This document shows positions 63,757 to 64,000 of a DNA stretch of 64,000 nucleotides, one piece after another. The notes beneath the pieces are model-generated. The model was given only the letters and a program-made list of their open reading frames with translations, searched no databases and was not told where the DNA came from. Position numbers and translations under genes: made by a program. How positions within the stretch are numbered: position 1 is the stretch's first letter; every line of letters begins with the position of its first letter. This DNA is from Podarcis gaigeae (lineage: Eukaryota), in assembly GCA_964106915.2 (NCBI GenBank), contig OZ066914.1; one strand, 5' to 3'.

Positions 63757-63869
63757 CTGGTCGGCCAGCGAGGTGGACAGCATGCTCATGAGCTCCCGCT
63801 CGGCCGTCAGGCGCCACATCTGCTCCCAGCCGATTCGGCGCAGGCGCTCCAGCAGCAAGAGGATCACTC
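63757..63869 (-). CDS. LARGE2: LARGE2 exon ([38 protein letters not shown]); earlier exons lie beyond the window
   Basis: TAG acceptor (AG at 63870-71); non-canonical CAG|GCAAGT donor; 113 nt, phase 1/0; ADQ joins DIFN of the next exon. Confidence 0.94.
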
Positions 63870-64000
63870 CTAGGAGAAGAGGAAACCATAAGCACCACCA
63901 CGATTGGACAGAAGCAACCTCAGCTCAACTCTCAACAATGCACTTCCACAATGTGCATCTTTTTGGAAGTGGAAGAGGGCTCTGTTTTCCTGGATCCCCA

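Overview
Vertebrate genomic DNA, most likely a lacertid lizard (a young Sauria/Squam1 SINE plus Squam2-, Squam3-, CR1-, L2- and Penelope-like repeats). Two convergent intron-containing genes are present, both truncated at the window edges. The + strand carries the 3' part of PHF21A (BHC80, the PHD-finger subunit of the LSD1-CoREST-HDAC complex): 13 canonical coding exons from 22672 to the TAA at 49983, a 23-nt alternative microexon at 41412-41434, and a long 3' UTR probably ending near 56200. The - strand carries the last 8 coding exons of LARGE2 (GYLTL1B), 63869 down to the TGA at 59803. Bases 1-22671 are one long PHF21A intron. There are no prokaryotic systems or CRISPR arrays, and almost all track ORFs are spurious. 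I see no wholly new biological system. The best leads are: (1) the mutually exclusive microexon/AT-hook exon pair, separated by only 52 nt; (2) a Penelope-derived inverted repeat in the probable PHF21A 3' UTR that makes a 48-bp hairpin and carries an intact-looking minimal hammerhead ribozyme on the antisense strand; (3) a SINE nested 7 bp inside a solo LTR, with both target-site duplications readable; (4) a GC-AG intron in LARGE2. Gene and repeat identities come from recalled homology, not from a database search.
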